Positions 51,258 through 62,153 of a stretch of 64,000 nucleotides of DNA are shown piece by piece (within the stretch, counting starts at the first letter, position 1; every line of letters begins with the position of its first letter). Both the position numbers and the translations under genes were made by a program. The notes beneath the pieces are model-generated. The model worked only from the letters and a program-made list of their open reading frames with translations, was not told the DNA's origin and did no database searches. Origin of the DNA: a virus; the IMG/VR virus record IMGVR_UViG_3300026549_001121, positions 1-64,000 of that record; one strand, given 5' to 3'.

Positions 51258-51650
51258 TTAACCAATGTTACGATAAGCAACCACTTTACGTTTGCCGTTT
51301 TCTCCGGTGAGCACAACCTCACCCTTATCAAGTTTGCCATCCTTGAAAGCGGCATTCAGACGATAGGCGACTTTCGCCATAGTAACATCGTCGCCCTCAA
51401 TACGTGCCATAATATCAGCAATAGGCTCGAACTCGTCGGTAACAGCCTCAAGAACTGCCTTTGTTAGAGCATCGCCCTCCGCTTTCTTTGCCGCCGCAGT
51501 TTCCTTAGCCTTTGCGGCTTTTCGCTCAAGCTGAGCAATCTTTTTGTTTGCCCACTCAGCCACTACATCAGGATCCAAATCCTCAAGAGTGCCGTTAGCA
51601 ATAGCAGTATAAATAGTGTGTTCGGTAATTTTCTTAACAGTATCAGTCAT
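51258..51650 (-). CDS. hypothetical protein (GC-rich island)
   Basis: 130-aa ORF, local GC far above window average. Confidence 0.5.
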   Translation of the reverse strand: MTDTVKKITEHTIYTAIANGTLEDLDPDVVAEWANKKIAQLERKAAKAKETAAAKKAEGDALTKAVLEAVTDEFEPIADIMARIEGDDVTMAKVAYRLNAAFKDGKLDKGEVVLTGENGKRKVVAYRNIG

Positions 51651-51680
51651 AACTCTTTTCTCCTTAAAAAATATGTTTTT

Positions 51681-51728
51681 TTTTATTTTTTACAAGTATA
51701 TTATATATTATTTTTTTATAAAAATCAA
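51681..51728 (-). promoter_or_regulatory. promoter repeat copy (variant)
   Basis: Same motif. Confidence 0.5.
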
Positions 51729-51741
51729 AAATTTTTATTTA

Positions 51742-53337
51742 TTATTCTTTAATGCCCATTTTTTCTGCATAAGATTCAGGAATATACAATAAAGATGGAT
51801 GTACAATTCGTCTAATTGGAATTAAAGAGATTAAATCATTATATCCGCATTTTCTATGAGGAATTGTTAATTCTTCTTTTCCATTGACAAAGAATTTTTC
51901 TGCGCATTTTGGACAAACAAGATATTTACATATTGTGCCAAAAAGATACTTTGGGATATCAGGAGATTCTAAAGTATCATCATCACAAATAGTAAATAAT
52001 AGTCCGCCTTCTTCTATTATTTCACCACTACTGTCGGTATCTAAATGTTCACTGCAAATGTCACACGTTGGAAAATCTTCATCATAGCAGGAAGAACAAA
52101 TTACAGTGCCATCGTCAAAAATTACCTGTTCATTATCGCATTCTATACTTTCTCCACAACGAGAACAACGTGTTAATTCATCACCACAACAGACACAAAA
52201 TAATTCATCGGTATCATTAAAATCATTGTCGATCTCACCGCAAATTACGCACTCAGATTCTCCAGAATAATTAATGCCTACATATTCATCTATTAACGCA
52301 TCATTGCTAAGAATTGCTTGATATGTATAATCACTATAAAAATCATTGTACATAGCTGGTCCACAATTCATTTTAATTTGAACATAGTCTTCAATTTTTG
52401 GAATGTACACTCCATCTGACGTGTCCCAAGAAATCACTTGGTCGGTATAGTGATTTTGTATATTAGTAGGCAATAAATCTCTTATCCAATTTAAAACACC
52501 TTTTTCAAGTTCCGTATTCCAAAAAGGATAACCTTTTATTCCAAAAATACCTTGTCCATCAATAATAAAGAACTCTCTCCATCTTTTAGAGTTCCATTTA
52601 TAATTATCAAACCCAATAACTTTTTGTTTAGATTTTAAATAGGCTACTACGACACATGGAGAATTCATCATTTCAACGACTCCACGACAATAATCGCCGT
52701 CGCCCCACACCATACATGAATCCCAACCATTATTATTATAACTAGCAGTCATATAATCTAAAGGGTGAATACTTAAACAAAGTGTTGATTTAATATGGGC
52801 TTCGTTTAATACTTGTGAATGTAATAATCTGAATTGTTCAAACAATTCTTCATTATGCGTAATTTTTGCTAATTTTCCAATAATTTTTATTACTTTGCAG
52901 CCTTTGTTGATTTTTATTTCTTTACCATCTTCTAATGTAATTGTACTACCGCCCCAATCCCACAGATATTTATTTTGTACTAAATAACTAGTAGAAAATA
53001 AACGATATATAAAAGAAGGGGTAAAATTAGCGTTATGTTTTCTTAAATAATCAATAATATTATTTAAGAGAGCAGTACAAACTTGTGTGTTGACTACAAG
53101 ATTATTCATAGAATCAAGAAGTTCACTATCTGAATAATCAACAGAAAACTCTTTTTCAAGAATTAATTTATCGCCAAATATTTCTTGAATTAATGAATTT
53201 TTATTTTGATTCCAAAAGCGTAAAAAATAATCAACACCAACCCAGTTTTTCATAGAAACATCGTAGTCACTTACACCATAGCCACGAAAAACGTCAATCA
53301 TGTCCTTATCTTGCTGTGTTAAGTTATCTATAAGCAT
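51742..53337 (-). CDS. hypothetical protein with C-terminal CxxC cluster; paralog of 47713-49149
   Basis: See paralog. Confidence 0.5.
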   Translation of the reverse strand: MLIDNLTQQDKDMIDVFRGYGVSDYDVSMKNWVGVDYFLRFWNQNKNSLIQEIFGDKLILEKEFSVDYSDSELLDSMNNLVVNTQVCTALLNNIIDYLRKHNANFTPSFIYRLFSTSYLVQNKYLWDWGGSTITLEDGKEIKINKGCKVIKIIGKLAKITHNEELFEQFRLLHSQVLNEAHIKSTLCLSIHPLDYMTASYNNNGWDSCMVWGDGDYCRGVVEMMNSPCVVVAYLKSKQKVIGFDNYKWNSKRWREFFIIDGQGIFGIKGYPFWNTELEKGVLNWIRDLLPTNIQNHYTDQVISWDTSDGVYIPKIEDYVQIKMNCGPAMYNDFYSDYTYQAILSNDALIDEYVGINYSGESECVICGEIDNDFNDTDELFCVCCGDELTRCSRCGESIECDNEQVIFDDGTVICSSCYDEDFPTCDICSEHLDTDSSGEIIEEGGLLFTICDDDTLESPDIPKYLFGTICKYLVCPKCAEKFFVNGKEELTIPHRKCGYNDLISLIPIRRIVHPSLLYIPESYAEKMGIKE

Positions 53338-53365
53338 TATTAATTACACAATCTCCTCTTTTTTA

Positions 53366-53410
53366 TTTTCTATATATATTATAATATATTTTTTTATAAA
53401 AATAAAATAA
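53366..53410 (-). promoter_or_regulatory. promoter repeat copy
   Basis: Same motif. Confidence 0.55.
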
Positions 53411-53460
53411 AGACAATAAGTTTCCATAAAAAATAATAAATATTAGAAAAAAAGAGGGAA

Positions 53461-54532
53461 TTATCCCTCTTTTTTTTCTTTGTTTTCGCTTAAATCTATT
53501 CCTGCGATTTTAAAAGTCGCTGTTGGCTGGTTTTGCTGATTAAAAAATTTATTATTCATCAAAATTAAAGGCAAAAGACTTTTGTCTTGCTTATCCATCA
53601 GAACGCAAGCCGCAGCCATCATTGGATTATTAAACATTGAATTGTTATTAGCATTATTCATTAAACTAATTAATGCTATAGTTTTCATATCTGGTTTTGA
53701 TTCTCCTTTTCCAAATAGAAGAAATGGTAGAATATTACCAAAAGGATTGGTAGGATCCGCGTTGACTGTATTAAAATCAATCAAACTGCAAACCTTAGTA
53801 AAGAAATTAAAGCCAAAAGGACTTTTTACTGGTAAAATATCAACAACGGTTGCATCTGCGTAATTGATAACAGAAACAGTACCATTATCATTAACACTGC
53901 GGACAAAAACAGGCTTATTTCCATGCATTAGAATATCGCCTTCAGCAATCTGCTCCAATGCTACTGGCATCTTAAAAATAAGATCCGATACATCAAAATT
54001 GAGAATTTCTACATCCAGAAGTTCCCCGGTGGCAGGGTTATAAGACACCCAGCCATTAGCCGCAGTGTTTATTGCCAGTCCATAAGGGCTCATACGAAAA
54101 ACATGAGTTGAAACAGGTCCAAAGTCAAAATTAAATAATTTATTTTCCATAGATATACTTGTACTCTCCTTATTATTTGTTAAAGTTGTGTTATGATAGT
54201 CATCTTCTTGCGTATTAGTTAATGCTAAATCTTTACTGAGTGGCCAAAAACCCCACACTTTTAGAATAAACTGATCAAAACTATTGGGCTCAAAATGTTG
54301 ATCTTGAGGTGCTTTTGAGTAATATAAAATATTTCGTTCTGTATCGTATTCAAATATTGTAATACTAAATAATGTAGGTATATATTTAATAAAAAAATAG
54401 TCTGTTGATGAAGAAGTTAGTTCCCTCCATTTTTTATACGGGAGGGGTCTATAACCATTATGTTTTACCTATGATGCAAAATTTTTAAGAAAATCTTTTT
54501 TATTTGTTACCCAATATTTTATTTCTTCTGAC
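53461..54532 (-). CDS. hypothetical protein (N-terminal extension through 1 TAG)
   Basis: AAGAGG RBS + ATG at 54532, in frame with track ORF 53461-54258. Confidence 0.5.
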
Positions 54533-54544
54533 ATTTTTACCTCT

Positions 54545-55252
54545 TTACTGTTTATTAAATAATGATTTATCAATTATTGCAAAATTTGCTCTATGAACAT
54601 ATAATTTTGCGTCATCAATGGTAATTTCGGTTGTTTTAGGTAAATTTTTTGAAACTTGCCAAGATACAGAATTGCCAGAGAACAGGCAAATTGGATCCCC
54701 ATTCTGACTTTGAATCATTACAATTTTTTCACCGATGGTATAGTTTCTGGTATCTTTTGTTTTCCACCACCAATTAATAGTCCAATAATCATAGAAACGA
54801 ATATCTTTTGGGGATGAAATAGTTGCATTGTCGTTTCCTTTTGAAGTAGTATTAGTGGCATTATCAGGTAAAACGCAATCCTGTTTAATTAAATAATTAT
54901 CATATATTAAAACGGTGCTGCCGCAAGTTTCAATGTCGTTGTTATCAATTTTAACAGACATTACAGAAGATGTCGTCCACGAAGAAATCCAAGAACCGTC
55001 ACTATCATATGAATATTCTTTTACTTTGTTAGGAGAAATATCAAAACTTGAGCCAGTAGAGGTTAACCACTGTTTACCAGAATTATCATAGAAATCAGCG
55101 GTAAATGAAAGGGTATATGGCTCACCATTTTGATTTTTGTCTTTTGTCTTTGCCGTTGAAACTTTTGTATCAGCACAGCCGACAAAACAAGAAAGAATTA
55201 AAATTAAACATAAGAAAATCGCAGAAATACGAGATATTTTTTTCATAGTCAA
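54545..55252 (-). CDS. lipoprotein-like secreted protein
   Basis: Signal peptide + LSCFVGCAD. Confidence 0.5.
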   Translation of the reverse strand: MTMKKISRISAIFLCLILILSCFVGCADTKVSTAKTKDKNQNGEPYTLSFTADFYDNSGKQWLTSTGSSFDISPNKVKEYSYDSDGSWISSWTTSSVMSVKIDNNDIETCGSTVLIYDNYLIKQDCVLPDNATNTTSKGNDNATISSPKDIRFYDYWTINWWWKTKDTRNYTIGEKIVMIQSQNGDPICLFSGNSVSWQVSKNLPKTTEITIDDAKLYVHRANFAIIDKSLFNKQ

Positions 55253-55511
55253 ACTCCTTTTATTATTGTATAAATTTTATTATAATTTTAATAATACATA
55301 AAATTGATAGTGCTAACATTAACCAGTTCAGAGATAGTATTTGAAATCCTGCAGTACTATCGAAAAAGCAAAAATAGATAAAAGATTTCTTATAATTATT
55401 TTTTATTTTTTCTTGGTTATATATATAATAAACTGTCCCGAAATAAAATAATACTACAATAATATTTACTGCTATGGCGGCAGTTGACATTACACTCCCT
55501 CCCTTTATTTA

Positions 55512-56228
55512 TTAAGTTTTTTCTCGACAGCGTATTAAAATCGTTTGTTTAACTCCTTTGTATGTGCGGTGATCTTTTACTGTACCGGCAATAGTGTGCT
55601 TTGATTTTTCAGTCCAAGATTTCGCGGAAGTAGTCCAAACATAACAGTTTCCCTGCTCATCGCGCATAATATGCATAGTGCTTCTACCAAAATAACTATC
55701 TAAAGAGATAGTTTTTGTAACAGTAACAGTGATATTAAGTCTATCACCAATTTCGCCTTGAAATTCGCTAATATCAGCATCATAGATTAATGATTCTACC
55801 GCCTCAGTAATCAGGCTGTCAGATTTTAAGGTATTATCATCTTTTCCTACTAACTCCCAAGGTAATGTAATAGGCTCTACATCTTCTGGTAAATCATCAG
55901 GGAGTTCATCGGTTGAAACAAAATACCAGCCCCACCATCTGCAATAGCGGGCTTTTGATAATTTAAAGTAATCTTTATTATCATAAGTATTACCTTTAAA
56001 AATTGTAATATAGCCTTTCTCAAAGCCTAAAATCTTCTTTTGGTTTACTGTAGTTTTTTGGTCTTCCGCAACATTATCATTAGGATACATTCGTGCATAC
56101 TCTGCCTCAGTATACCAACGCACTGTTTTTGTTGTATTTTTGTTTGTTTGGACTTTTACATATTGGCGTCCATTTGAGACAAATGGCTCTCCAATTTGAA
56201 TTAATTTTTGATAAGATTTTGCTACCAT
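55512..56228 (-). CDS. hypothetical protein
   Basis: 238-aa ORF. Confidence 0.5.
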   Translation of the reverse strand: MVAKSYQKLIQIGEPFVSNGRQYVKVQTNKNTTKTVRWYTEAEYARMYPNDNVAEDQKTTVNQKKILGFEKGYITIFKGNTYDNKDYFKLSKARYCRWWGWYFVSTDELPDDLPEDVEPITLPWELVGKDDNTLKSDSLITEAVESLIYDADISEFQGEIGDRLNITVTVTKTISLDSYFGRSTMHIMRDEQGNCYVWTTSAKSWTEKSKHTIAGTVKDHRTYKGVKQTILIRCREKT

Positions 56229-56420
56229 TATACCACCTCAATCCTCATCAATAATAATATCATCTGATGTAAAAAATACAGAATATTTATCAGCCAATGA
56301 TTTTACCAAGGCTCGCTTCTGTTCATCTTCAGTGGCTTCCTCAGGAACTTGTGCGGTGCCAAGAATTTCAACATATCCATAAATTGTTTTCATAATTTTA
56401 TCACCTTATCTTTTATTTTA

Positions 56421-56470
56421 TTTTCTATATATATTATAATATATTTTTTTATAAAAATAAAATAAAAATA
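56421..56470 (-). promoter_or_regulatory. promoter repeat copy
   Basis: Same motif. Confidence 0.55.
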
Positions 56471-56751
56471 ATCAGAAGTAAAAAATTAATTTTTACTTCT
56501 GATTATAAAGAATTTTTGAAGTTCGTTTTTATTCATTTATTTGAATATATACGTCTACGGAACCATCGGCATCTTCTCCGCCTAAAATTTTTACGATGGT
56601 TGCTTCTGGGTGCTGATTTATCCATTCTGTTGCGGCTTTTCCTTTTCCCTGAAATAAAAGCCGAATTGAGTCATACATAGAATCAACTTGATGAATTCTA
56701 ATTTCCCAGTTATGTATCAAGAGATTAAAGATTTGTTCGTTAAAAGACATT

Positions 56752-57318
56752 TTACTCTCCTTCGTTAATAACTGTGATACAGTTTGCTTTCATAACCTGT
56801 AAAGCGGCTTGATGGTTATCTTTAGAAGTTCCTGCGCAGCCAGCTGCATCAACAATAATATTTGCCATTGGAAATGCCGCACGAAGAATAAGAGCATTCG
56901 AAATTACGCAAATATCAGTGCAAAGACCGCAAATGTGAATCTCAAAAGGATTTTGAAGATTCAATGCCTCTATCTGACGAGGAAGTTCTTCCAAAGAACC
57001 AAAAGTATCTTTTTCAATTTCACAAACCACACCATGAGGAATATTGGCAGTAGTATAATCTACAAACGCCTCTGCAATATCATCATTCAGCATATAACCC
57101 TTGGTATCAAGCATACAGTGAGCAGGAACACTCTTTCCTTCAGCGGACATCACATATGAAAAAGGGTGGTGACAGTCGAAAGTGTATAGTATAAATTTAC
57201 TATCCCAGTTTTTAATCTTTTCGCACACATATGGAACAATCGCTTGTGCGGCCGGATTACCCAACGCCCCATCTATAAAATCGTTCTGCATATCAATAAC
57301 AATTAGAATTTTCTCCAT
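56752..57318 (-). CDS. isochorismatase-family hydrolase, nicotinamidase (PncA)-like
   Basis: VIDMQNDF, catalytic-Cys motif ICGLCTDICV. Confidence 0.65.
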   Translation of the reverse strand: MEKILIVIDMQNDFIDGALGNPAAQAIVPYVCEKIKNWDSKFILYTFDCHHPFSYVMSAEGKSVPAHCMLDTKGYMLNDDIAEAFVDYTTANIPHGVVCEIEKDTFGSLEELPRQIEALNLQNPFEIHICGLCTDICVISNALILRAAFPMANIIVDAAGCAGTSKDNHQAALQVMKANCITVINEGE

Positions 57319-57322
57319 TTAT

Positions 57323-57673
57323 TTATTCTTCTCCTTCTTGAAAATAATCTTTTACTTCATCGTTAAAAAATTGGTCGCCTTCATTGTTTATCTTTACATT
57401 AACTTTAACAAGTTCTTTCATGTCCGGGAAAAAAACTTTTAAAGTGTTATAAAAACGTATATATTTGTCATTACGAATAGTAATATTCTCTCCAAAAATA
57501 GTAAAAGGCAATACTACTCGTTTTTGTTCATCATACTCAAAATTTGTAAATATGGTATCTCCGTCGTTTAAGCGTTTTAGAGAATCAATTTCTGTTTTAT
57601 ATTGATTGATAAAATTATGAATGTTATTTGTGTATGCCGTAATTTGCATATATCCATAAGTAACAAACATCAT
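57323..57673 (-). CDS. hypothetical protein
   Basis: ORF. Confidence 0.4.
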   Translation of the reverse strand: MMFVTYGYMQITAYTNNIHNFINQYKTEIDSLKRLNDGDTIFTNFEYDEQKRVVLPFTIFGENITIRNDKYIRFYNTLKVFFPDMKELVKVNVKINNEGDQFFNDEVKDYFQEGEE

Positions 57674-57876
57674 ATTATTTATGCTCCTCTATTTCGAGAA
57701 TATACTTTACTACTTTTTTAAATAACTCTCCAAAAATGGAATCTGTATCTGGCACGATACACTCTTCATATGACCAGACCGCAGTGTGTAATTGCCCTTG
57801 TTCATCGAACCAATATCGAATATGTTCTGTCGGAGAAAGTTTTATTACGTGAATTTTATTTTTTGTATCGTTCATT

Positions 57877-58152
57877 TTAATCTTCTACCATACTTTCTAA
57901 TAAATAATTTAAATCATTTTCAAAAGAATCATTATTATTATAAACAATGATAATTTTTGTAAATGACTCTATAAAAAGGATAATTTTTGGATGCGGAGAA
58001 AATAAATCTTGAACTTGAATTTTCCAAATATCATAATAATAATACTCCTTTCGAGCATTATAAGAATGATATTCTTTTCGGAGTGGAAAACAAACCAGTT
58101 TGGCGTTTTCTAATTGAATATCATCATTAGTTATCGAAATTGTTTCATTCAT
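57877..58152 (-). CDS. hypothetical protein
   Basis: ORF. Confidence 0.4.
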   Translation of the reverse strand: MNETISITNDDIQLENAKLVCFPLRKEYHSYNARKEYYYYDIWKIQVQDLFSPHPKIILFIESFTKIIIVYNNNDSFENDLNYLLESMVED

Positions 58153-58420
58153 GTATTTTCTCCTTTAAAATGTCAGATAATGAAATTTTTTCCTGCTTTA
58201 AATTATATTGAATTTCACTGAACTCAACGCAAGAACAACCATCGCTGACAACAACCAATTTATCAATAGCGAACATTTCGAGTTCACCATAACTTTGAAC
58301 TAATTTTTTAATGATGGTCGCCCAGCAATCACCGAAAACCAATCCCTTACCGGTAAATTCTTTTCCTTCGCAATAATAACGAACTTGGTAATAATAACAA
58401 TATTCTTCCATTTCAGTCAT
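58145..58420 (-). CDS. hypothetical protein
   Basis: ORF. Confidence 0.4.
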   Translation of the reverse strand: MTEMEEYCYYYQVRYYCEGKEFTGKGLVFGDCWATIIKKLVQSYGELEMFAIDKLVVVSDGCSCVEFSEIQYNLKQEKISLSDILKEKIHE

Positions 58421-58458
58421 AATTATTTCACGCTCCTTGCATAAATAATCCTTGTTTA

Positions 58459-58499
58459 TATTTTTTATTTTTCTATATATATTATAATATAAAATTTAT
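58459..58499 (-). promoter_or_regulatory. promoter repeat copy (variant)
   Basis: Same motif. Confidence 0.5.
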
Positions 58500-58644
58500 A
58501 AAAAGTCAAATGTTGCTTTATTGTTTGAAATATATAAAAATGAATGCTATAATAAAAATGATAAAAAAAGAGTCCAAAAAACTTTGAACTCTTTTTAGAA
58601 AAGTTTACGAGAATTGACGAAATTCGTCGAAATTCTGACGGTTT

Positions 58645-59412
58645 TTAGGTAGATGTTTCATTTGCGGCAAGTACCATTTCATAGGCCGTATCTATCTTTA
58701 ACGGAGTCCATTTTGAAAACAACCCATCGCAATCATTAACATTCAATACACAATCATCGCATCCAAATTCATGTGAATCACAATAATCGTTTAAATATGA
58801 AATTTTCTTTGCTTGTGCATTATAGTTTGTTGTGAATTTTTTACCCAAGTTATAAAGTTGTAAATAAATATCGCAATCTTTTGGATCTACAACTGGACAA
58901 GATTGATCTTTCACAAAACACTTGTGTATATCTAAGCCTTTGTTAAGGGGACAATTAGTTTTTTCTGGATTTACGATTAAACTACCGCTGAATGTATCTA
59001 GGTTAAAGTCTACCCCGATATAAAAATTATGTTCTACTCCTTTTACAAAACTATAATATTCGCCCCAAGTTCCCCCTTTATCATAATAAAAAGCATCTAT
59101 TTCAAGATATAAAAACGGTTGATCTTTGGTGTCAAAACTGTAATTAAATTCACATTTAAATATTTTCGCATATAAAAAATTACCAGATCGATCTTTTCCA
59201 CAAATAATGGGCGCGCCTACAATTTTGTTTTTTATTGTGAATAATTCAGGAATTGATAGCGCAGTATCTGGTTGATCAAAAATGGTAGAATGAAATATTC
59301 GAACATAATCCCAATAATAATAATCTTTACTTTGGTCATCATCAGATATTTGTTGTATTAAATTTTTATCAATATTAGTTTTTATTGTGGCTGGTTGAGT
59401 AATATAACTCAC
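58645..59412 (-). CDS. hypothetical protein
   Basis: 255-aa ORF. Confidence 0.5.
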   Translation of the reverse strand: MSYITQPATIKTNIDKNLIQQISDDDQSKDYYYWDYVRIFHSTIFDQPDTALSIPELFTIKNKIVGAPIICGKDRSGNFLYAKIFKCEFNYSFDTKDQPFLYLEIDAFYYDKGGTWGEYYSFVKGVEHNFYIGVDFNLDTFSGSLIVNPEKTNCPLNKGLDIHKCFVKDQSCPVVDPKDCDIYLQLYNLGKKFTTNYNAQAKKISYLNDYCDSHEFGCDDCVLNVNDCDGLFSKWTPLKIDTAYEMVLAANETST

Positions 59413-59699
59413 TTATGTTCACCTTCTTCTTGCTTTTGCTGTTGCATCTGCGTTTCTCTCTGCGCCAAACAGTTAGAACAATAAATATGTACTTCATCAT
59501 TTTGTGTTTCAACTATTGGAATCAATAAACCGTTATGACAAATTTCACATTGATGTAATTCGCTTATATATTTAGAGCAATAGTCCGTAGGTTCTACTGT
59601 GCCTGCAAGTTGTGGAATCATTAGTTGGCAAGTTTTGGTCGCTGGAAAATATGCTTTACAAGTTTGACATTTATAAAATACATTAGCACTTGCTGACAT
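59409..59699 (-). CDS. Zn-ribbon protein
   Basis: CQTC…CEIC…CSNC. Confidence 0.45.
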   Translation of the reverse strand: MSASANVFYKCQTCKAYFPATKTCQLMIPQLAGTVEPTDYCSKYISELHQCEICHNGLLIPIVETQNDEVHIYCSNCLAQRETQMQQQKQEEGEHK

Positions 59700-59702
59700 T
59701 TA

Positions 59703-59945
59703 TTATTCCTTTCCGAACCATTTTCTTGTATTCCAAGCCTTGATTACATTTTTTCTTGCTTCTTCATCTGTATTATAAACTGTGTCGTTTTGAAGTAGGT
59801 TTATGCGACAACCGCATTCTTTATTATTACACTTAATGACATATTCAAAACATCCAGGATATCCATGTGAGCCTTGCCACAAAGGTTTTTTCTCTAGATA
59901 AACTGGTTGTCCGCAAAAAGGACAAGGTTTTAATTTTGTTGCCAT
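59703..59945 (-). CDS. Zn-finger protein
   Basis: CPFCG…CNNKECGC. Confidence 0.45.
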   Translation of the reverse strand: MATKLKPCPFCGQPVYLEKKPLWQGSHGYPGCFEYVIKCNNKECGCRINLLQNDTVYNTDEEARKNVIKAWNTRKWFGKE

Positions 59946-60130
59946 TACTTGCTTACCTCCTTACCAAAAATCATCTATTTCTTGGTCATGATATTCGTCG
60001 TTATGACAATCGACACATATCCAACCGTTATCTGAACAATTATCTCGAATCATATCTTTTTGATTAAATCGTCTACCGCAAACTCCACATTTTCTAAAAT
60101 ATTCACGTTTTTGTTTTTTATCCTTTACCA

Positions 60131-60418
60131 TTATTCACCTACTTCTGCTTCAATGACTGTTGGCAATGATAGCACGCTTCTCAAACAAGCATTCCATCCT
60201 TTCGCATAGTCAGTTAATTCATGCCTAAATGCGATTGGAAAAGACTCACTTTCGCAATCAATCAGCCTGCCGTGAGGTGTAGAAACTTCCGATGCTTCAC
60301 ACCACTTTGTTGGTTTATTTCTTGTCACAATCGTGCATTGTAATTTACCTTCAATTTGACCACAAACAATTACGTCTCCTGCTTGTGGCATTTCCATACC
60401 TTTAATAATTAGGCTCAT
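60131..60418 (-). CDS. hypothetical protein, shares about 50-aa domain with 61538-61846
   Basis: PHGRLIDCESESFPIAFRHELTDYAKGWNACLRS. Confidence 0.5.
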   Translation of the reverse strand: MSLIIKGMEMPQAGDVIVCGQIEGKLQCTIVTRNKPTKWCEASEVSTPHGRLIDCESESFPIAFRHELTDYAKGWNACLRSVLSLPTVIEAEVGE

Positions 60419-60693
60419 TCTTCTACCTCATATCTTTCTTTAAAGTATCATAATTTTACTTTTTTACATATTTCCTTCTATTCATTCACTTCAAAATCCC
60501 TACAAGCCAAATCAATAATAACTTGACCATTGGCTTGACATTTTTTTATAAACTTAACCGCCTCATCGAGAGCCTCAAATGTTCTACTAATGTCTGGACA
60601 TCCTTTGTATGGATAAGCGGAAGCTGATACGTAATATTTATATCCCAATTATTTCCACCTCGCTTTAATTACTGTTGATAATCAGATTTCTTA

Positions 60694-61332
60694 TTAATCC
60701 CAATAAGCATTTACATCTTTGTAATCAGGATAATGTTCAACCATATAATTTTCCAGTTCTTCTCTGATGGTCTCTTCGACTTTATCCTGCAAGGAATAGT
60801 CATCAAAGGAATCTTTAGTCGCGGTAGAATAGATACTCTCTTCACAATCCATTATATAACCAATGGTTGGCGATTTGCGCCACTCTTTATATCCGACTTT
60901 TTCATAGTCGGCTGTATGGTCAATACAAGTTGTGTACCTTGTCTTAAAATTGATGAAAGCATCTCTATCATAAAACGCAGCCTTGTAGAAGAATGTCGCA
61001 CGTTTTCTGCCTTTATCATCAATCAAATCATTCCACATTGTATGGGTGGTTGCTTTGATTTCCCAGCCGTCCGGTAACTGAACATTCCAAAACAGGTCAT
61101 CATACTCATCAATGATTTTGATACCCATTTTTTCATACTGTGCTTTCGTGAATTCAAAATCATCGTGCTTATGATAATCAGAACAGTGGTTGGTAGCCTT
61201 AGGGAGCCGGCGATATTCAACCACCATCTGCTGCCCTCGTTTTTCTTGATTTTCAATCGCTTTAGAAGGATTTTCACCCTCTCGTGCATATAATAAAGCA
61301 TCTAAAAATGTAATCTCATTATCTAATGTCAT
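60694..61332 (-). CDS. hypothetical protein
   Basis: 212-aa ORF. Confidence 0.5.
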   Translation of the reverse strand: MTLDNEITFLDALLYAREGENPSKAIENQEKRGQQMVVEYRRLPKATNHCSDYHKHDDFEFTKAQYEKMGIKIIDEYDDLFWNVQLPDGWEIKATTHTMWNDLIDDKGRKRATFFYKAAFYDRDAFINFKTRYTTCIDHTADYEKVGYKEWRKSPTIGYIMDCEESIYSTATKDSFDDYSLQDKVEETIREELENYMVEHYPDYKDVNAYWD

Positions 61333-61537
61333 GATAAAATTTCACCTTTCTATACATCATAAATATTTTCTTTAATTACAATGAATGAATAATTCGGCAT
61401 ATTTATTTAATCTCAGACGGATGTGGCCTATACGGAGCTTCCATATCCTTTATTCTTTCTATATACTCTTCTCAAGGCAATTCTGCAATAGTATGTTCAT
61501 CATTTATGATTTTATCATCTTGATAATTAAATTCCAT

Positions 61538-61846
61538 TTAATTCACCTCCGCCTCGATAATTGTTGGTGAGAAGTGTATTCTTCTCAAACAGGCATTCCA
61601 TCCTTTCGCATAGTCAGTTAATTCATGTCCAAATGCGATTGGAAAAGATTTGCTTTCGCAATCAATTAACTTACCGTGCGGTTTTGCAAGCGGTTCTATA
61701 AGCGCAATTATCTCATCAATGGCTTGTTCAAAATGCCATAGTTCTTGATGTTGAGGTTGACCAATTTGATTTTTTAAACATTCTAACCATTGAATACTTT
61801 GTTTATAATTCATATTTTTCTTCTCCTGGAATATAATGAATATCAA
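61538..61846 (-). CDS. hypothetical protein (paralogous domain)
   Basis: PHGKLIDCESKSFPIAFGHELTDYAKGWNACLRR. Confidence 0.5.
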   Translation of the reverse strand: MIFIIFQEKKNMNYKQSIQWLECLKNQIGQPQHQELWHFEQAIDEIIALIEPLAKPHGKLIDCESKSFPIAFGHELTDYAKGWNACLRRIHFSPTIIEAEVN

Positions 61847-62129
61847 TTTGTAGTTGTTGAAAAGTTTTTATTAAATTATATAATGATACTTCTCCGAAAT
61901 ATCCTTGTCCATTTACTTCAACAGGAACCTCTAAAGGTGTTTTTTGATAATTAGTAAGTTTTTGTAAAGAATATATAATTGTGCTTATTTCTTTGCATGC
62001 TTCAGCGATTTTTTCTTCATGTCTTTTTTTCCTAACCTCAAAAAGAACTTGTTTTAAGTTTTTGTCGTCAAGTTGTTCACATAAATTTTTAATTTTTTTC
62101 TTTATTTCAATCATTTGTTTATTACTCAT
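61803..62129 (-). CDS. hypothetical protein
   Basis: ORF. Confidence 0.4.
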   Translation of the reverse strand: MSNKQMIEIKKKIKNLCEQLDDKNLKQVLFEVRKKRHEEKIAEACKEISTIIYSLQKLTNYQKTPLEVPVEVNGQGYFGEVSLYNLIKTFQQLQIDIHYIPGEEKYEL

Positions 62130-62153
62130 ATATTATAAGGTTTTTATTTATTA

